In this document: positions 27,656 through 32,000 of the stretch, one piece after another
How positions within the stretch are numbered: the stretch's first letter is position 1
Layout: every line of letters starts with the position of its first letter
Source: an archaeon
Lineage (GTDB): Archaea; Asgardarchaeota; Thorarchaeia; Thorarchaeales; Thorarchaeaceae
DNA: 32,000 nucleotides
Reading direction: 5' to 3'
NCBI GenBank assembly: GCA_024275415.1
Contig: JAJRZD010000127.1
Location: 1-32,000, forward strand
Made by a program: the position numbers and the translations under genes
Notes under the pieces: generated by a model
Databases searched by the model: none
What the model was told of the DNA's origin: nothing
What the model saw: only the letters and a program-made list of their open reading frames with translations

Positions 27656-29341
27656 TCACTCCAGGATCACAATTCCTTTTGAATACAGGTCTGAAATCAC
27701 AGAAATAAGCACACTCTGCTGAATTCCAACTTCCTCACTAATCTCCATAACCGTGTGTTTCCCGTCCATCATTGCCGTAATCTTATCTATATGTGAATAG
27801 AGTTTACGAAGGGATTCATTGACCTCGCCCACCAGCCTCGGCGTATCAGAAGGGTCTAGGTTCAGCTTCAGACCGATGCAGCCCATTGCCTTGAGAAAGT
27901 GAATTGCTCCCAATGTCATATTGGGACCACTGCCAGATGATAGACGTTGGATCTCAATCGAGCCGTCAAGACTCCCCCAGACAGCCTGTAGGAAATCCCG
28001 AACCTCCCTCGATTCAAAGCGATTCCAATCGGGCTCGTGTATCCGCACAGGACACATCTTGCCAGGAATCTCTTCTGGCGGGAGTGTTGCAAGGATCTTG
28101 AGCGTGAACGGAGGTGAAGAATATGGATCCTCTGAACTCTCGACGAACTCAGGAGATTCGTCTTTCCAGAGATCCGGAAGGAACGAGAATTGTCGGCGGA
28201 GTGACTCTACATCATCGACGACCCCAGTGACCAGCGTGAAAATCAGGTCATCGACCTCGATAAGGGCATATACCAAATCCTCGACTTGCACTACTGAGGT
28301 CTTGTCAAACTCTGCACTGCCCATCTTAAAAGAGGTCACTGCTGCAACTATGTTGGGAGCTCTACGATGTGCCTCAGCCTTCGGGACGTAATAATACGTG
28401 AACACAGGGTTACCCGTTGATTTTTTCACAACAAAAAAGGCCTGATGTCCCGTAGGTCCTGCTGGGATAATCGCACTTTCATCTGTTGGTTGTGTGTCAA
28501 TTGAGGCGTCCATGGGCCATCGTTCCAATGCCAGATCAGGATGCATATCAGTCAACCCCATTATCGCCAAGACTGATACCAACAGGTAAGAAGCGTCCTT
28601 GGAAACTGAATCACAGAGTTCGATTTGGAGATCCGTTTCATACCTCCTTGCGTGTTCCAGTTCGTCGTCAGAACCAGGAGCAATAAGGATCGGGACTGAA
28701 ATCTTCGACCTGATACCTTCCACAATCCCCTCAATGACTGACCTGTCAGGTAGAGGCCTCCCAAGAACAAGTATAACTCCTGCGGGATTGTCTTCTACAG
28801 CAATATCTGGGTCAGACACAACTGCTGAGAATGTGTACTTGGCAGCCCTGATATTGTAGGGTCCGATGGCAATATGACCGTGAACCTTCATGTGCTTCTC
28901 AATATTGCTTAGAGCACCACCGGTGATGTTCTCAAAGGACGGCTCTTTATCCGAGATGAAGACCAGATAGAGACCTCTCCTCAATAGGTCGCCAGCCGTA
29001 CTAGAAAAGGTCTTTCTGATCTCACGCATTCCATGTTCCTTTGCAAGATGAGTGAGGCGCGAAGCCAGCTCCGCCACCTGACGTTTTTCTTCTTCAGAGA
29101 ACAAAGAAGTACTGGATACGACAACAAGGAGAGCCTTACCAGCGACCAAGTGGAGACAGACTCCTCGACCATCTTCTAGTTCGAAGACATGGCCGTTCTC
29201 AAATGCCAGCTCCTGAAGTAGCCCAAAATACGACTCGATAATAGGTTGTATAGGGAAACTCTCTGTGTCATTATCCACAAACGAGACCGATGCCCATGGC
29301 TTAGCACCTACTAAGTCGTATAGTATCGATCTCTCTATCAA
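27656..29341 (-). CDS. Paralogue of the downstream GTPase gene with a degenerate (pseudo-)GTPase domain
   Basis: Hand alignment with 25568..27538 is colinear at both termini, but the G1, G3 and G4 motifs are absent. TTG start. Confidence 0.75.
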   Translation of the reverse strand: MIERSILYDLVGAKPWASVSFVDNDTESFPIQPIIESYFGLLQELAFENGHVFELEDGRGVCLHLVAGKALLVVVSSTSLFSEEEKRQVAELASRLTHLAKEHGMREIRKTFSSTAGDLLRRGLYLVFISDKEPSFENITGGALSNIEKHMKVHGHIAIGPYNIRAAKYTFSAVVSDPDIAVEDNPAGVILVLGRPLPDRSVIEGIVEGIRSKISVPILIAPGSDDELEHARRYETDLQIELCDSVSKDASYLLVSVLAIMGLTDMHPDLALERWPMDASIDTQPTDESAIIPAGPTGHQAFFVVKKSTGNPVFTYYYVPKAEAHRRAPNIVAAVTSFKMGSAEFDKTSVVQVEDLVYALIEVDDLIFTLVTGVVDDVESLRRQFSFLPDLWKDESPEFVESSEDPYSSPPFTLKILATLPPEEIPGKMCPVRIHEPDWNRFESREVRDFLQAVWGSLDGSIEIQRLSSGSGPNMTLGAIHFLKAMGCIGLKLNLDPSDTPRLVGEVNESLRKLYSHIDKITAMMDGKHTVMEISEEVGIQQSVLISVISDLYSKGIVILE

Positions 29342-29391
29342 GCTGGCTACCCCGTTGCGCTGCGTTGGTTCTATGAAGACAACACCCTAAA

Positions 29392-30639
29392 TCAACTTTC
29401 TCTTACCTGCTTCCGCAGGAATTCTTCAAAAGTGATATGGCCTCGCATAAAGCGCTGGTAGTTGCTCTGAATCCATTGTACGTCGTATGGCATCTCGTGA
29501 CATCCTTCACCCGACGCTATCTCCGGCAGATCCGAGATTGCCTCACCGACCGAGATAGGATCCATCCTGTCGTCGTCTTCCCTTTGCGAAGCCGGATCAT
29601 TCCTTCGACGGTCTTTGATAGCACTGAACATTGGTCGGGGCGGTTCGAGATAGTCACTAGTCCTGCTAGCAATGATGAATATCCGTCTTCTACGCTGAGG
29701 AACACCGTACTCTTCGGCTCCCAACTGGAACCACTGAGGCAAATATCCAATCTCTCTGAGAGAGGATAGAATCCTATCTAAAGCTGCGCCCTTGTTTCGA
29801 ATTCGGAGACCTGTCACGTTCTCAATCAACACAAACTCAGGACACAGAGATTCCACCATCCTGAACATAGAGAGTATGAGATTGTTCCGGGGATCCTCTT
29901 TGTCCCATTTTCCAGCCATCGAAAAACCCTGACAAGGAGGACCTCCAGCAAGAAGTTGCAATGTCCGTCCTCCAAGATGCGACTCAACCTGTGCAATGAA
30001 TTCCTCTATTTCATGGGCTTTGCTGAAGTCCACATCAATAACCGTTGTCCCCTCATGGTTTGCAGTATAGGTCGCTCGCATGTGAGGCTCTTTCTCTCCA
30101 GCAATGATGACCTCATGCCCTGACTCTCGAAGCCCGCATGACAATCCACCGGCTCCTGAGAACACATCGACACATAACCCGGGTTTTACAAGTCCACCTA
30201 TAGCACGTGCAAGCAATGGTGGGACTGCATTGCCAATCTGTTTGTACATGGACGAGTTACTTCCTAGGAACCTGTAGTCGTCAGGAAATGACTGCAACCT
30301 GGCTGCCTCCCTGAACGAGATTAGACGGTCCTGAGCTGGGTGGATGAACGTGCCATTGCCGGGGCGATTGAAGTAAGTATTAATCGTATAGCTCGGAAGA
30401 TCAGGCCGGAGTCGTCCATAATAGGTCGTGCGTCCGCCCGTACTACGAATCCGCATGACGCGAGCTGACCTCTGTGCAACAGACAAGGGGATGTCCTGCC
30501 AGTTCCCTCCGGGACGAATTGAGCGCACCATTTGGACATCAAGCTCACTAAGATTAGCCGAAACATGATTGTAGAGCACTGTAGACTCGTTTCTTGTCTT
30601 CTGCGACTTGTTAGTGAGCATCATCATCAGATACCACAC
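29392..30639 (-). CDS. Circularly permuted DNA (cytosine-5) methyltransferase
   Basis: The order is TRD, motif IX (REAARLQSFPD), X (QIGNAVPP), I (FSGAGG), IV (GPPCQGFS), VI (ENV), VIII (QRRRRIF). The real start may be an ATG at 30621-30627. Confidence 0.92.
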   Translation of the reverse strand: MWYLMMMLTNKSQKTRNESTVLYNHVSANLSELDVQMVRSIRPGGNWQDIPLSVAQRSARVMRIRSTGGRTTYYGRLRPDLPSYTINTYFNRPGNGTFIHPAQDRLISFREAARLQSFPDDYRFLGSNSSMYKQIGNAVPPLLARAIGGLVKPGLCVDVFSGAGGLSCGLRESGHEVIIAGEKEPHMRATYTANHEGTTVIDVDFSKAHEIEEFIAQVESHLGGRTLQLLAGGPPCQGFSMAGKWDKEDPRNNLILSMFRMVESLCPEFVLIENVTGLRIRNKGAALDRILSSLREIGYLPQWFQLGAEEYGVPQRRRRIFIIASRTSDYLEPPRPMFSAIKDRRRNDPASQREDDDRMDPISVGEAISDLPEIASGEGCHEMPYDVQWIQSNYQRFMRGHITFEEFLRKQVRES

Positions 30640-30719
30640 AACATAGTTTCCTGCATGAAAAGATTTCCTCGATTACTTTCAATGTTACTTAGAGAGAGGA
30701 TTCGACTTTTGATAAGGGG

Positions 30720-31187
30720 TCACAATGAACGCCTAAAGCGATTCATGTCGGGAATGTCAAGAAGGGTATAACCACTCCCATCCCAATGTAAGATACGATA
30801 CTCGGTGCTATGCCCGAGCATTGAGCCGATTATGAATGCTGCAGAAACAGGACAGGCAAGCACAACGGCAAGTGAATGACCTCCAACGCTCTTCCCTACC
30901 TTATGGATCAGGACAGCAGCTCCCTCAGACCATTGTGTGATTTCTGACGGTTTAAGCTGTTTCGGGACTCCAATCTCGCCCACGATACAGTATCCTGCAA
31001 GAGTGACATCTCGCTTTGTGTCATGACTGAAATTGACCACGATCGCAGGGGGACGACTGTCCAAGTCTGAATAGTTGAAAGGAACTAAAACCCCCGTTTT
31101 CAACCGTTTGGCAAGTCCACTGAATCTAGTCTTGAATGTATATATGCTATTCATGATAGAAAGAATGATAGTAATAGCATCAGGCAT
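30720..31187 (-). CDS. Stand-alone SAVED-like (CARF-related) small protein A
   Basis: AIVVNFS..D, then LAVVLACPVSAAFIIGSMLG...RILHWD..GY, matching the C-terminal SAVED pattern (hlflaaP.slAf.lG...v.ly.y....Y). Confidence 0.6.
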   Translation of the reverse strand: MPDAITIILSIMNSIYTFKTRFSGLAKRLKTGVLVPFNYSDLDSRPPAIVVNFSHDTKRDVTLAGYCIVGEIGVPKQLKPSEITQWSEGAAVLIHKVGKSVGGHSLAVVLACPVSAAFIIGSMLGHSTEYRILHWDGSGYTLLDIPDMNRFRRSL

Positions 31188-31339
31188 ATCCCACTAAACT
31201 CCTCATGACAGTGAGATATTCCTTCTCATTAATCTTTTTCTGAACAGCTCACATGGGAATGTGAAGGCGGAAAGTGAAAATCTGTGTCCGGTATCTCCAT
31301 AAGGAAGAAAGCTGATTCAGCATTGACGGAGATACACCG

Positions 31340-31804
31340 ATGTCAAATGATCTTGAACAAGAAAAAGAGAAGATAAAGATAGGACATTTGGAAGTAACGG
31401 GTCTCTCATCCCTTGTTACCTCACTTTCCGATGAAAAGGAATCATCAACTCTGTTGGACACCAATGCGGAGGTTGTAATAGGTGTGAGCCTGTCCAGACC
31501 AGTGCTTCAAGATCTCGAAAGAGAAGGATACAGCGTAATTGCTGACATTGGACCTCCTCGTCAGATAGAAATATCAGAAATGACTGGGCTTGCAGAGGAC
31601 GTAGCAATCATAATAGACAAGCTGAGAAGGATGGTAAAATGCAAAAGCATTACCTTGGTGTTATCATGTCCCACTGCTGTTGCCTTCATGATTGGCAGCT
31701 TGCTAGGACATCAGTTCACTTATCGCCTGTTGCATTGGGACAATGGATATGTACGTGTGCCAGACTATGGCATCAAACGTTACAGGAAAGAAATCAAAGG
31801 ATAG
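31340..31804 (+). CDS. Stand-alone SAVED-like small protein B, paralogue of A
   Basis: VVIGVSLSR..LQD, ITLVLSCPTAVAFMIGSLLG...RLLHWDNGY; GGAGA RBS-like element upstream of the ATG. Confidence 0.6.
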   Translation: MSNDLEQEKEKIKIGHLEVTGLSSLVTSLSDEKESSTLLDTNAEVVIGVSLSRPVLQDLEREGYSVIADIGPPRQIEISEMTGLAEDVAIIIDKLRRMVKCKSITLVLSCPTAVAFMIGSLLGHQFTYRLLHWDNGYVRVPDYGIKRYRKEIKG

Positions 31805-31845
31805 TAGTAACGTTCACTTCAGAACGAACAGCCAATAGAACGGGA

Positions 31846-31998
31846 TTACATTAGTTCTTGGATTTCCTTAACCGTGTTCTTGTCATTCTTACGATAAGCC
31901 AAGACCTTCGAAGCCTCGTTCCTATTGAAACCATAGAGGGACAATACCAACGCCTCAATCATGGGATGTGAGTGGTTAGAGGGTTTTCGAATGGCACC
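31846..31998 (-). CDS. 3' end of a gene entering from the right edge, possibly an N6-adenine DNA methyltransferase / type IIG-like protein
   Basis: Open frame GAIRKPSNHSHPMIEALVLSLYGFNRNEASKVLAYRKNDKNTVKEIQELM*. The IEALVLSLYG helix resembles the 'ID.LVY.LYGL' tail of m6A methyltransferases. Confidence 0.45.
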   Translation of the reverse strand, partial: GAIRKPSNHSHPMIEALVLSLYGFNRNEASKVLAYRKNDKNTVKEIQELM

Positions 31999-32000
31999 CA

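Noticed and set aside
200-31854. The many short antisense or overlapping ORFs in the track (e.g. 3860..4261, 5110..5574, 19840..20490, 22326..23126, 27921..28391)
   Set aside because: They are shadow frames of well-supported genes and have no recognisable motifs.
1-32000. CRISPR arrays, tRNA/rRNA genes, transposases, integrases, CD-NTase or Cas10
   Set aside because: No regularly spaced direct repeats, cloverleafs or diagnostic catalytic motifs were found by eye.

Overview
Gene-dense archaeal window with no rRNA, tRNA, CRISPR array or transposase that I can support. It is most likely from an Asgard archaeon (Thorarchaeia-like), inferred from longin-fused Arf-like GTPase genes, an archaeal Sec11-type signal peptidase and large membrane-anchored beta-helix/Ig-repeat proteins. 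Most of the window is housekeeping or metabolic: kbl, an MFS transporter, signal peptidase, MBL-rhodanese, ggt, aspA, a CaCA antiporter, ppa, a HAD hydrolase, nadA, an NAD kinase-wHTH fusion and a beta-CASP nuclease. The right-hand 6.5 kb holds the two most unusual modules. (1) A tandem pair of full-length paralogues with a longin / small GTPase / longin / winged-helix layout: one has an intact Arf-like GTPase, the other has lost all G motifs (a pseudo-GTPase), suggesting an active/dead heterodimer. (2) Two divergent ~155-aa stand-alone SAVED-like paralogues lying between a circularly permuted C5 DNA methyltransferase and the 3' end of a probable second methyltransferase. Several ORFs also carry apparent in-frame stops or frameshifts. 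All family assignments come from reading motifs by eye; no database search was run.
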